In this document: positions 38,433-51,000 of the stretch, piece by piece
Numbering within the stretch: the stretch's first letter is position 1
Layout: every line of letters begins with the position of its first letter
Assembly: GCA_013239625.1 (NCBI GenBank)
Contig: MU053379.1
Coordinates: forward strand, 814,490 to 878,489
Reading direction: 5' to 3'
DNA from: Lama guanicoe
Taxonomy: Eukaryota
DNA length: 64,000 bases
Made by a program: the position numbers and the translations under genes
The notes under the pieces: model-generated
Database searches by the model: none
Told to the model about the DNA's origin: nothing
The model's input: only the letters and a program-made list of their open reading frames with translations

Positions 38433-38613
38433 TTCTTTTTTAATTTGGGGGTGGGGGTGGGGGGATAATTAGGTTTATTGACTTATTTATTTATTCCTTC
38501 ATTCATTCATTCATCCATTCATCCATTCATTCACTCAGCAGAGGGACTGGGGATGAAACCCAGGACCTCGCGCATGCTAAGCATGTGCTCTACCACTGAG
38601 CAATACCCTCCCC
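38433..38613 (-). mobile_element. Vic-1-type SINE (long form) with an internal (TTCA)n microsatellite
   Basis: Sequence ctggggatgaaacccaggacctcgcgcatgctaagcatgtgctctaccactgagc, with the ggggataattaggtttatt tail. Confidence 0.88.
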
Positions 38614-41600
38614 ACTAAGTAAGTATTGAATTGAGTTGGCGGCCAGCATGGAGGGCTCTCCCTATAACATCAGGGGCCACTCCCCTGGACATCAGTGCAG
38701 TCTCTGGTCTTCTACCAAGTCCCACTCAGTGTTCCTTCTTGACTCAGCTCTGAAGCCAGCTTGAGGACTGTGGGTTCTGCCCTGAAGACCAGGAGGAAGT
38801 GGCCCCTGACAGACAGGGCCCCGCGAATGGAGAGCACAAAGCAAAGGCTTGTTTCTGGAAGGAGCACAAACCTTCATCAGTGTCCTTCTAAGAAATATAT
38901 ACTGTAATCCAATAAGACAGCAGCTGTACAAAATGGCTAAAATAGATTTTAGAGTCATTCAGGGTGTCTCTTGGTTCATCTTTAAAATCAGACTGATCTT
39001 TGAAACTAGAGGTTTTTAATTGAAGCTGGCTTTATAGGGGCACACTGTGAGCACTACTATCTAAAACAATCAGTGTGAGTGTCCGCGTGTGTGTTTGTAT
39101 GACTGAGCCCACTGCATCGTTAAGCCTAAACTTGTTAGAAATACTGTACCCATGTAGATCAGCAAAATAGTGTGTAGATGTGATCTCAGTTGTAAACAGA
39201 AAAATCTAACTTAATAACCTCTGTACTGAATAACCTCAAAAAAGCAGGGGGGCACACAGACCAGAGCCCACCAGCAACCCATCCAGCCTCCAGCCCCAGA
39301 GCCACGCACTGGGGCCCTGTGGCCTCAGCAGGCCACCTGGGAGCGGGCTCCCAGCCCAGACACAGGCAGCAGCCCCTGGGCTCTGCTGAGCCGGCAGTTT
39401 CCTGCGCAGTCGCCAGCCGTGCACAGGTTGAGGGGGGAGGAGGCCCCCGCGGGAAGCCAGCACTCCCCTCTCTGGCCAGGCTAGCAAAAGAGCAGGGAGT
39501 CCCTGCAGAACCTCCCACTGTGGGCTGTTTCCAGCCAGACTCCTGGGGCTTCCAGGGCAGGCAGGGGATCCAAATCCTCAAACCCAGATAGCAATCTTTT
39601 TAAAAGATCCCTGAGTCAATGGACATACGACGTCCCGTACTTCGTGATCTTAGGGTTGGGTCGTGAACAAAGGGAGCACATTCAGCAAGGGCCCCATCCC
39701 AGAGAGGCTGCTGAGTCACTCCACCAGCAAGCTGGCCCACCTTGAGGGCCAAAGGGCTTTCCCTCCTGATCTGCCCCTCAAGTCCATTGCCCACCCCTAC
39801 CCCCAGGCTCTAGCCACCATGGGGGCCACCCAATCCTAGCTGGGGTTGTTTCTGGAATTCCTCCTTTAGAATGACTGTTAATACTCAAAGTGTTCTCTTA
39901 AACATTCTCGATATGGCAAATCTCTGTCTTCTGAAAGTCCATTGGCATTATAGGGAAAATGAAGTTATTTAGAGCAAAGTCTTACAAATATGATGGGTGA
40001 TCATGTTATGGAACATGGTCTTTAAAAACTTTTTTATTAAAGTGTAACATACACTCAAAGGCACATACATCATAACTAAGTATCTTGGTGAGTTTTCGGG
40101 AATGGAATACTGCCCAGGTGGCGAACAGGGCACTGCAGACAGCCAGGAGGCCCCTCAAGCCCCTTCAGACGGGTCCACCCTCCTAAGGCATCTGCTATCC
40201 TGACCTCTAGCAGCAGAGATAGCTTAGCCTGTTCTTGAACTTGATGAAATGGGAGCCTGCAATATGCACCCTTCTGTGTCTGCCTCTTTCCATGTTGCAT
40301 TCATAAGATTCATGCATGACATTGCAGGCACAAATCTTTTTCGTGACTGCATACTATTCCACCATATGCTTGGACTAATTTGTTTACAGAAAAACAGCAC
40401 TGATGAGAACATTCTTGAACGTGTCTTTTGGTGGATGTTTTATCATTTTTCCTGGGCACATACCTGAGGGTCGAATTGCTGGCTCATAGGGTATATGTAG
40501 CTTCCCCAGATACTATAGGACATCTCAGCATGGGCTGCAGTAGTTCAAGTGTTTCTCAAGGGGCTGGGGCCTTGGGAGGGGGATGGAGTATCTCCCATGC
40601 TGGCGTTTCAGAATCCCTATGAATAATTTCAAACTTCCTCTCTCTTCTTCAACCTCAAGATCCTTGAGTGTCCATCCAGGGAGGCCTAGCCCCTGATTGA
40701 GAAAGTCTGTCTGATGGAGGTGGGGGTGCGGTGCTGTCTAACTCAGCAGGGGGTGAGCCACTGTCCTGACATCCCAGGCAGGCTGGGGAGGGTGACAAGG
40801 GACCGCCCCTTTTAGGGGCATTCCCAACAGCTCTGCCCAGATGTGATCACACCTGCTGGACCCCAAAGGAGTGCTCTCTCTTCCTCACATTCACGACCTC
40901 CCCACTTCTTTGGCTGCACCCCACCCGATTCTGCTCTCCTCCAGAAGACAACACCTGCTTCCCTTCCGAGCTGCCTGCTTCCACGCCTGTCCCCATGACT
41001 AATTCTCTGCACAGAAAGATCCCTTAAAAACAAATTAGCGTATGACCGTGCATCCTTAACATTGCAGCGCCCTTTCACCGCACTGAGAAAACATCAAGAC
41101 GCTCTGGGACTGCCCAGCCCCGTGTGACCTGCTCCCATTTCCCTCCTGGACCTTATTTGTCCCTCCTTCCTTGTGTCCTCATCAAAACTTCTTTCTGTTC
41201 CATAAGTTAGACCCATAAGTTCCTGCCTTGGGGTCTGCACATTCTGCTCCCTTCCCCCGCAATGCCTTTCCTGCTAATGTGTGCAAAGAGCTCAAAGCCA
41301 CCTCCTCAAGAAGCCCTGTCCTGACCATTCAGCCTGAAGTCCGCTCTCTGTCACGTCGCCCTGTTTATTTTCTTCCTGGTGCTTGTTGCCTCCTGACAGG
41401 TCTTCCTTTGCTCCTGGATGCCCGTCTCCCGGGGCTGAGATGTCCCCGCACCGCGAAAGCGACCGTAGGTGCTGCAGGACCTCCACGCATACTTCTGAAG
41501 GAATTCAAACAAGCTTCCAGCTGCAGCAGGCCGGGTCCTCTGGGTCTCCCCCTGTCACTGGCTCACACGGCCCTCTGTGGCATCCCCACCACTGCCCGCA

Positions 41601-41994
41601 GCCCACCTTGCCCAGGGGGCCCCTACAGGCACACGGGTGCGTTGGCCTTCCCCCTTCAGCGCTGACTGCACCAGGGACTGAGCCCTCGCTGCACACATGT
41701 TTGCACAGCACGTCCGTGAAGCTGGGGGCCACCGCCCTCGGCAGACTTGCCGGGTCTGCCACAGAGCCAGGACTGCCCTCATCTGATGACGGGGACGCTG
41801 ACGCACCAGGCGATGTTCAGTGAGACATCTCTGAGTACCTTTGTGCCAGGCACAGAGCTGGGCACTGGAGTTATGGAGCTAAAGTTCACAGTCCTTGTCC
41901 CCGGGGAGCTCACAGTTTAGCTGGGGAAGAAAAATAACCAGACAAGGGCAATGCTGTTGGGTTCAGAGGTTGCAAATATGAATGTCTACAGGGG

Positions 41995-42446
41995 CGTGGT
42001 GGATGCTGTGAGATGCCCCGCCCCGATGCCCTCAGCTCACCTCGGGGCCACCTGCGGCTGCGGCGCGGGCACCGCCCCCGCCAGGCCCGCTGCCGCCCTC
42101 CGCTTCCCTCAGCGCATGCGCTGCTCACGCCCCGGGCAAGCTGAGCGTGCGGGAGGTGCTGCCCAGGGCTAGCCTGCAAGTAACGAGGATGGCAGCCGGT
42201 GGACAAATACCCCAGCTTGCCACCCTCGTGGGACTATTCTGCAGCATGCTCTACAGTGTCTCCCGGGGCTGCCCAGTGGGGCGGAGCCCGTGTATCCACA
42301 GCCTGGCCACCGACATGCCCCCTTCTGGCTTCCCTTCCCCCACCTCACTTCTCCAACTCCTCCCTGTGCTGCTTGGATTCACCTCCCACATGAACTACGT
42401 GCACTAAGCTCTCATCTCAGGGCCCGATGTGGGAGGATCTAAGACA
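41995..42446 (+). mobile_element. ERVL LTR16-like solo LTR with an unusually CpG-rich core
   Basis: Motifs gtggatgctgtgagatgccccgccccgat, ggacaaataccccagct, gcatgctctacagtgtctccc and tcacctcccacatgaactacgtgcact...ctcatctcaggg...ctaagaca. Confidence 0.7.
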
Positions 42447-44914
42447 GGGAGAAGGAGCTGAGTACTGCACAATAGGGAGCAGTGGGGACTGTGGCAAACG
42501 GGAGCATCCACGTCCCCTGAAAGGGAGCAGCAGACACCCAGCCACGTTGTTATCTCCTTCAGTTTTTCAAGAGTTGATAGAAATTTAGATTTTTCATCTG
42601 ATGGCTTCTAACTTTTTAATGTTATAACAAATGCCAGAAGTCCAAAAAATACAATAAAGAGCAAATCACATCTGTAAGCATAATCTGCCCTTGAGCCAGG
42701 AATTCACCAGCCCTGGTGAGCTAAAGGGAGGTGCATCCTGGGAGCCCAGAGGGTGCAGGACGGGGAGGAGGCTCTGAAAGGTGCGATCCCTGAGTGGGGT
42801 CTTGAGAAGGAGACAGCAAGGGGACGAAGGTGGGAAAGAAGAGGCAGGGGAGGTCAGGCAGAGGGAGAGGTGACAGGCTGGGCCACACATGGAGAATTAA
42901 AAAGGGAGCCTTGGAGATTTGGAGGATAGTGTGTCTGGAGCACAGAGTACATGCTGGGGTGGGGAGAGAGACCGTGGATTGTCCAGAAAGATGTGAGTGA
43001 TCAAAGCACGGTTTTAAGCACTTGTGTGCATTTTTCATTGCACCTTCAGAACAGAAGTTAGCATTAGGCAATTATTGTTTGCTTTGTATATGGAGAAAAT
43101 TAGGTACAGAGAGGTTAAGTTTTTTGCCTAAAGTCACACAGCCAGTACCTAAAGGAATCTGGACTCAGTTGGAGCCTTGTTACTACGTAGGGCAGGGTCA
43201 GATCAGTCAATATCCTGTGTATTATTCTTGGATCTTTAAATTTTATCTGACCGTGATGGGAAACCCTGGGGGGTTTACGCTGGGATGATGATTTCACAGT
43301 GACCACAGCATGAGGGAGGCAAGGAGGGAAGGCAGGATGGAAGATGATTAATCTGAGTGAGAAATGGTGGGTCTCAGCTGAGACAGTGTTGAGGAGCAAT
43401 TCTGTAAGCCACTGCCCCCTCCCCAGGACTTGGGGACTGATTGGAAGTGGGAGGCAGGAAAGAGGTTTGTACAGGACGCTGATAAGTTCTATTTTGGACA
43501 CACTGAGCTGGAGGTGTCTGTGCAGCATCTGAGGGTCAGTGTCTTGTAAGCAAGTGGCCCTGGGGATCAGGAAATCAGGGCAGGAATTGGGGCCGAAGAT
43601 GTCGCTTTGGGGGTCCCCAGAACACAGTGTGTAGACATGGGTTGGGGGGATGTGGTCCATTAAGTAGGAAGAGCAGAGGAGCCGGGACAGAATCATGGGG
43701 AATGAAGGCTCCAGGGGCTGGAGAGTGTAACCAGATCCACAGTGGACATGAGGGGGAGCGGTCAGAGGAGTGGGAGGGACCAGGGACCATCAAGAATGGA
43801 GAGAGTCTCCGAGAGGCAGTGTCCACTCTTCAGAGGCCGAGGGAGAAAAATGACCCTAGAGTGCCTGTGAGGTTTGGCAACAAGGATGAAGCCAGCAACC
43901 TTCGTGAGGACCCTGCAGCGCGGACAGCAGACTGGGGTGCGCTGGGGAGTGAACAGGAGGCGAGGAGGTGGGGACAGTGAGAGTAGGGATGATTCAGAGG
44001 CACTGGGAACAAGAGCCAGGGCTCCACACCTGCCTCCCCCAGGGCCCTTCCCAATTGGAGGCCTTTGAGCTTTCAGCTCAACCCACGTTGGATGGGCTCC
44101 AGCAAAGGCAGCTCGCAGTGCCCTTTCACCTCTCCCCAGCTGCTCCCGGGGAGCGGAGAGGATGCACAGGAGCGAGGGGAGGAATCAGGGAGAAGGTGTA
44201 CTTTGCCTCTCTTGCCGGGGACTCCCCAGAAGGCAGGACAACCCTGGAGGGGCATCTGAGAGGGTTTGTGTCTTCCTGCCAGAGGGCCTAACCATCTCTC
44301 TCCATCTGATTTCAGGCTTGAGGTCTTATGCTGGTTTTAAAGCCTCTTGGGAGGGTGAGTGGCCAGGAGCCGTTTCAGCTTTTCGCTTCGTGTGACGTAC
44401 TCTGGAGTGGCACATCCCACCGATAACCAGCACCTAATGGCTAGGGTCCAGGGAGCCACTGGTCCTCCACCGCAGGCTGTGTGACCCGAGATCAGTGGGA
44501 CACCTCCGCGCCTGGCCTGGGAGGGCCTACAAGTGCTGCCCGGCTCCTGGCTGGTCCAGCGTCTGCCATCCATGGCTTGAGCAGGAAGATGAGACGTTAT
44601 AAAAGTCAATCCGTGACTCATGTCCTCGCTCACTGACTTGTTACTGCAGCCGGGAGAGCAACCAGCAGAGCGGACATCAGGAAGGACCCTCCCATCGGGC
44701 TGGCGTGGAGGGAACACATGCTTATCTAAGCGCCATCCTTTGGAGAGATGCCTCAGTATTAGCTTTGACTTCTGTGGCTGATACATGAGACCAATATCTG
44801 CCTTAATACAGATTCATTCATTCATCCAGCAAATCTTTATTGAGAACTGTTGCAGATTTCTTTTTAGTGGTCACAAATTATTTCACATTCCTCCCATGAA
44901 GAACTGGGATCTAT

Positions 44915-45010
44915 GGGAAAGAGAAATCGCTCAGTGGTAGAGCGAATGCTTAGCACACATGAGGTCCTGGGTTCAATCCCCAGTTGAAACCTCCATTAAA
45001 AAAAAAAAAA
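44915..45010 (+). mobile_element. Vic-1-type SINE (short form)
   Basis: Sequence gctcagtggtagagcgaatgcttagcacacatgaggtcctgggttcaatccccag, followed by a polyA run. The degenerate TSD is aagaactgggatcta / aagcattgggatgta. Confidence 0.88.
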
Positions 45011-45429
45011 GCATTGGGATGTAGATTGCCTTGTAACTACTTTTCCAGTGGAGTCTAGGGGATGCTCTGCCTTGTGATGCCTGAGGCTACTCAGCTCCGG
45101 TCTAGTTCACTGAAAGGCTAAGCCACCATATAAAGTATCAAAGGACCCTGAGGTTGCCAGGCTGAACCCAGCCTCCTGGCCACTCCAGCCAGGGCACCAG
45201 ACATGGCAGTGAGGAACCTCTTGGATATGGATCCTCCAGCCCCAGCCAGTGCTTTGAGTCACCCCCAACCACTCCAGCCTTCCCAGCTGAGGCCCCAGAC
45301 AGTGTGAAACAAAGACAAGCTACCTCTGATGAACCTTGTCCAAATCCGTGGGCATAACAAAATGTTGTTTTGCGTTTCCAGGTTTGGGAAGACCGTTATG
45401 CATAAAAGCTGGGATTATGCTACTTTGTA

Positions 45430-46145
45430 TTAGAACCCGCTGTGTATTAGGCGCTAATCTGGGCACTGCAGATAAGCAATAAGCAAGATAGGCAAGGTCC
45501 TATCCCACGTGGGGCTAACACCCCATCAGGGAAGACAGACAATGTAAACCAATCCTCAGGCAGTGACTCGATTCAGAAAAATAAAACCAGGGAACGTGAC
45601 AGGAACTGTCAGGCTCTCGGGGGTGTAGGGTCAGGGAAGATCTATCTGAGGAGGTGATACCTGGACTGAAACCTCAATGATAACAGGGGCATCAGAGGAA
45701 CAGCAAGCCCAAAGGTGCTGAGGATGCTGGAAGGGGAGACAGCAGCCCGTGAGAGCAGAGAGCGGTGAGAAAGGGCAGGAGTGGAGGAGACGAGGCCAAA
45801 GAGGCCAGCTGGCCACTCCCACAGGACCCTTTGGGCCATGGTGAGGTGGCTGGATTATAGCCTAAGAGCAATGGCAAGTGACGTGGTCTGGACACTAAAA
45901 AGACAGCTCTGCCTGCTGTGCGGGGAGCAAATTTCAGAGAAGCAAGGGAGGAAGCAGGGACACCAGTGAGGAGCCTTGTGTAGGAATCCAGGTCAGAGAT
46001 ACGGAGGGGACGAAGAGTCCTAGTGGAGATAGCCAGAAACAGATGGAGAGAGGCCGTGCTTTTGAGTAGAGCTGATGGCTGTCGTGAATGCATTAGTTGT
46101 AGAAAGCAAGGCGGGGGAAGACTCGAGGATGACGCCTAGGTTTCC
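45430..46145 (-). mobile_element. L2 LINE fragment
   Basis: Motifs ggtcagggaagatctatctgaggaggtgata, gaggaacagcaagcccaaagg and ggaagcagggacaccagtgaggag. Similar L2 pieces lie at about 37950-38410, 43200-44000 and 62410-62770. Confidence 0.65.
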
Positions 46146-46729
46146 CTGGGTCCAATCATTTTGGACTCTATTCGAGACATTGTAGGCGTTATTTTGTAGT
46201 GCCCCTGCATTCTGTTATATTCCTCTGAAGAGTATTGGTGTTTGCTTGCTTGTTTACTTATTTTATAGAGCAGTAAACTTGACTAGTCTCGAACAGCAAA
46301 CTGCCTTTTGGGCAGCAGTTCGTACCTCAGTTCAGTTCTCCCAGCCTCGGCTGGGCTGCTGGCTGTCTTCCCCACACATGCACGGTGAACGATCAGCCAG
46401 AGATCCGGACAGAGTCAAGACACAGCATGGGGGGCTTTCCTTCTCTGGGTCTCACCTTTCTGGGGTTCTCCTCTCACTTTCCAACAGCTGTGGTTGCCCG
46501 GACTCTGTCTTCTGGTTCTTCAAGCCAGGAGGACCACAGGTTTTCTATCGTAGTTTTAGCTGCCCTGTGTAGTTTAGTCTGGGAACAGCCCTCAAACTAA
46601 AAGCCATAAAAATAAAACACAGGAACTTCTTTCTGCACCACTCCTTTCTGGCCAAGTGCACCAGCCCCTCCTGGTCTTGCCTGTTTTAGTCCACTGTCCA
46701 GTGCATTCTGGTAGTTTCTTGGTTTTAAA

Positions 46730-47590
46730 ATTAAACCTTTAATTTTGAGATAATTGTAAAATCATGTTCATTGGTAAGAAATAATACAGAGAAAACCCTC
46801 AGACACTTTTATTCAGTTTCCCCCAATGGTAACATCTTGCAAAACTGTAGTACAATATCACAATGGGGATGTTGGCGTTGATAAAATCAAGATGCAGAAC
46901 ATTTCATCACCTCAAGGATCCCTCCTGTTGCCCTTGTATAACCAGGCCCACTGCCCTCTCACCGTCACTCCTTCCTTAACTCCATCATCACTGATCTGTT
47001 TCTAAAACTTTGTCATTTCAAAAATATTAATTAAAATATTAAATGGGATCATACAGTATGATGGGGGATTATTTTTAGTTTGTTTTGTTTTTGCTTAACA
47101 TAATTTCCAGAAGATTTGTCCAAGTTGCTTGCGGTAATCATTCATTCCCTTATTCCACGGCATGGAGGTACCAGGGATTTTTTAAAAACTATTCAACTGC
47201 TGAAGGACATCTGGGCTACTTCCAGCTTTTGTCTATTACAAATAAGGCTGCTATGAACATTTGTCTATAGGGTTTTGTGTGGGCGGAAGTCTTCATTTTC
47301 TAGGATAAATGCCTAGGAATACAGTTCCCAAGTCGTCTGACAGTTGTGTGTGTCATGTCGTAGAGAAACGTCCGGCATGGCCGCACCAGTCACATCGCTA
47401 GCCGTGAGTGAGCGGTCAGCGCCCTCCGCAGCACTTGGCGCGGTCGCTCGTTTTCATTTCCGCCCTTCCGTGAGGTGCATCATCGTACCTCACTGTGGTT
47501 TTCGTTTGCATTTCCCCACTGGCTAAAAGCGTGAGCATCTCTTCATGTGTTTTATTTGCCATCTGTACATCCTCTTTGGTTAAATGTTCA
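46730..47590 (-). mobile_element. Old L1 (L1MC-like) 3' region
   Basis: Motifs ttttgagataattgta, cagtttcccccaatggtaacatcttgcaaaactgtagtacaatatcaca and gagcatctcttcatgtgtttatttgccatctgtacatcctctttgg. Confidence 0.8.
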
Positions 47591-49329
47591 CTTCTGAGCT
47601 TTGTCTTTCAGAAAGCAAAACAGCACATGGGGTTCTAACATCTGTGTTCCCTGCAAGGCCCCACTTTTGCAACTCCCCATCTTCCACCAGCTGAGGCCCC
47701 CACAGTCAGGGCAATGTTGCTCTAGGGTCCAGGAGATGGTCGTGGGCCTAACTCACCCATCAGGTCAGTGAGGAGACCGGGGAGAGGAGAAGAGCAGGCC
47801 AACTCCGTGATGCCCTCAAACAGAGAGCCTTGGGTGGGACGACTCCGTCCTCTCTCCCTCCACCTCATTCTCCTTTTTCAGATCCAAGCAGAGGCTCCTG
47901 ACCCAGTTGCCGGGGTCCCATCTCTTCTCTATCTTCCTGAGGCACTCTCTCCCACAGCCCTTCTCAAAGCCACAGAACTTGACCATGTGGTGTTGCACAT
48001 AGTAGGTGCTCAAAAAATATTTGGGTTTGATGGACTGGGTTTCATTGGACTCCTTGGTGTGCACATGACAGAAACACAGTTAGAGCTTGTAGGACCCAGA
48101 GCAGGAGTTATTCGGAAGGAGTCATTTCTGAGATGCCGCAAGTCAGTGCAGGAAGGGCAGGAGCGAGCCTGCGTCTCAGGCAGCCGGGATTCTTCATCCA
48201 ACATGTCACTCCCCTCTCTCTGCCTCTCCAGCCATCTCTGCCCAGCAGCTTTATTCTCTTTGACCACAGGCTGCAACTTCCCGAGGCAGAGAACACAGCT
48301 GCCACCAGTCCTGGAGCCTCATATCCATAGCATCCAGAAACAGGGGGCCTAACCTTCAGTTGTAGGTTTTAAAGTCCTGTGGGAGGGCTATGATCAGCTC
48401 CGTGGTGGCCAGGGTATGGGCCACTATGATTGGCAGTAGGGGAGGGACAGTTCCTCAAGGTGGGTAGCCTTGCAGACCCAACCACAATTGCCCGTCCAAG
48501 TTTATGGCTAGCCGCGGAGGTTCAGATGAGACAGCTGGAAGGCACACAAAGCCATGCCTTCTTGATTCTTCTCACTCTCAACCTGGAAAGTCTGCTGGAC
48601 TCCAGCCCAAACCCTACCCAGGCGTGAGAGACCATTCAGGCCAGCCTTCCTGGGATTTCTCTAACTCTTGATGACTTCCTCTGTGAGTTAGAGCAAAGCT
48701 AGCTGCTGTAACAAATAAGGCCCTGCGTCACAGTGGGTACATGATACAGGTTTTCTTCTGGCTCACTTAAAAGTCCAACGTGTGTGTCTGAAGTTGAAAC
48801 TGTCTAATTTCTCCCTCCATCACATGGCTCCAGCATGCTCCATCTCAGAGTCCTCTGCATTCAGTCAGGAAGATAGGGAAAGACAGAATGTGGAAGATGC
48901 CCCATCTCTTAACCACATCACTTCTATTCACATTCCCACTGGGGGAACGGGTCATATGACCCTTCTAGGGTGCAAGGGGTGATGGGAAATGTAGTTCCTG
49001 GCTGGACACCTTCTTCCCAGCCACAACTTTATACTATGTAGGAAAGGACATACATTTTGGTGGACCGCTTGCCATCTTGCTACCCCTCCTCCTGCCCGTG
49101 CAGTTGGCCACCCACACATGAGTACCTCGTTGTCCTCTGCTTCCTGTCTGCCAATCTCAACGTCCATGATACCTGGAATCCTTGTCTCTTGCTAATCCCA
49201 TGGGCTTAGCAGGCTAATGGACTCATGAAAGAAGGTCAGCCTCACCCAACAGTTTTAAATACCAGACTGACCAGCTACAGTCTGCAGGTCAGCTGCCTGT
49301 TTTTACGAATTAGGTTTTACTTGAAACAC

Positions 49330-49557
49330 AGCCAGGACTAGAGTGAGATAAGGTGGGGTCAGACAGGTGCAGACCTGGTTCTTGCCTTCATTTAAAATGC
49401 TGATATTTTGTTCATTGTGGATTTTTTGCATTACATCTGATTTTTTAAAATACCATGTTAAAATGTTATTTATCCTGATGACTGAGTCTTTGGCGTCCCC
49501 TTAAACCTGGTACCCAAGGCAAGTGCCTCGTTCCTTCACGGTGGCCCCAGCTCTGGC
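49330..49557 (-). mobile_element. MER96B-like hAT element
   Basis: Sequence ccaggactagagtgag...tgatattttgttcattgtggattttttgcatta...ccccttaaa...aaggcaagtgcctc. Confidence 0.7.
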
Positions 49558-50167
49558 CTTGCCTTCCTGTCAAGGTCCCTCCAGGTCCAAAGAGCCTGAC
49601 TTCTGGGGATGTGCCCAGCCCGGGGTGAGGCTGGGGCCAGGAGGAGAGGCAGGGGGGGTCCCACTGCTGTGTCCTGGAGAAGAACTCAGCTCCACCGTCT
49701 CTTCCCTTTGGCCCCACCACATCTGTGGGACCAGGAGGCCCAGCTGTCCAAGAGTGAGGACTTGGGCAGGTGGCAAGAAGGTCCTAGTTCATCCCCAGGC
49801 AGCCTCCATCCTCCCGCCAAGGCTCCTGCCACCTCTGATTTCGGCCCAGGGACCTGGTTTATCTCATTTTCCTGGAGTCATTCTGAGTTGAGTCCCATGA
49901 GCCTTTCAGATTGAACCCACAGTTCACAACAGTCTGGTAGAAAAACACAATTGTCACCTGTTTGAAGCTATTGATTTTTCCCCAGAGCGGTTTGGCCTCA
50001 CCTCACAGAACCCCGGCTTCATTCCTTTTGGCTTTGCAGCTGACAATATCTCTCCCTGTCTGGGCAGGTGCTGCTGCCTGGGGCTCGGCTGAGAGGAGAT
50101 CGGGCAGTCTCTTTGGAGGTCAAGGGTCAGGGAAGGCAGCAGCTTCCTTAAAAATCCATGAGAAGGA

Positions 50168-50300
50168 GGGGTGAGAGTATAGCTCTGTGGTAGAGCGTGT
50201 GCTAAGCATGTGTGAGATCCTGGGTTCAACCCCCAGTACCTCCACCAAAAATAATAAATAAACCTAATAATAAAATAAAAATAAATTTTAAAAATAAAAA
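50168..50300 (+). mobile_element. Vic-1-type SINE
   Basis: Sequence tatagctctgtggtagagcgtgtgctaagcatgtgtgagatcctgggttcaacccccagtacctcca, then an A-rich tail containing aaacctaat. Confidence 0.88.
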
Positions 50301-50302
50301 AC

Positions 50303-51000
50303 TGATATACCACATAATAGACTAAAAGATAAAACTCAGAATCATCTCAATACACTCAGAAAAAACACTTGACAAAATAAAGCCCACGAGAAGGACCAAG
50401 TGCTTCAGAAAACGTGTGCTGCCCCTCCCCCCAGAAGACAAGCCCTGTTCTACGAATTAATGGAGGCTGACCTGATGCACCGCTTCGCCCCACAGCCCCG
50501 CGGGTCCCCCCAGATGGACGCCGAAGAGAAAAGCAAAAGACACGTTCAAGAAGGCTCGCAGCAGCACGAATCCCGTTCCCCCAAAGTGGAAACCACCTCA
50601 GTGTCCATCAACAGTAAAACGGATAAATAAACTCAATCAGTAGTAATCAGTGATCATAGTAAACATACAAACAAATAAATGCTGTTTGATGGAATGCCTT
50701 ACAGTCACAATAACAGTCTGTAACTATAGACGCAGAACATCACATGGAGCCACAGAAGCCAGACGCAGCACAGCCTGGAGGATTCCATGCCTATGATGCG
50801 CAAAAAGGCAAAGCGAGGCTCTGTCGTCCGCCAGCCGCGGCCGCCTCTCGGGGTGCAGGCTGGGGGGGGCGCAGGGCTCTGGGGCTGGTGTCGTAGCGGT
50901 TCCTGATCTGGGCGAGTTCTGGCTGTAAAGATGAAGCAGCAATACACCACGCCCACGCAAATTTCTGTGTATCTGGTACCTTTAAACAAGTTCAATGTGA
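50303..51000 (+). mobile_element. Degraded old L1: an RT-domain remnant followed by 3' fragments
   Basis: Positions 50341-50379 translate as IISIHSEKTLDKI, similar to L1 ORF2 RT IISIDAEKAFDKI. Downstream, aaagtggaaaccacctcagtgtccatcaacagtaaaacggataaataaa is an L1M motif. Confidence 0.65.

Noticed and set aside
47768-48352. 194-aa ORF with hydrophobic stretches
   Set aside because: It runs through L2-end-like and MLT1-like repeat sequence and has no recognisable family.
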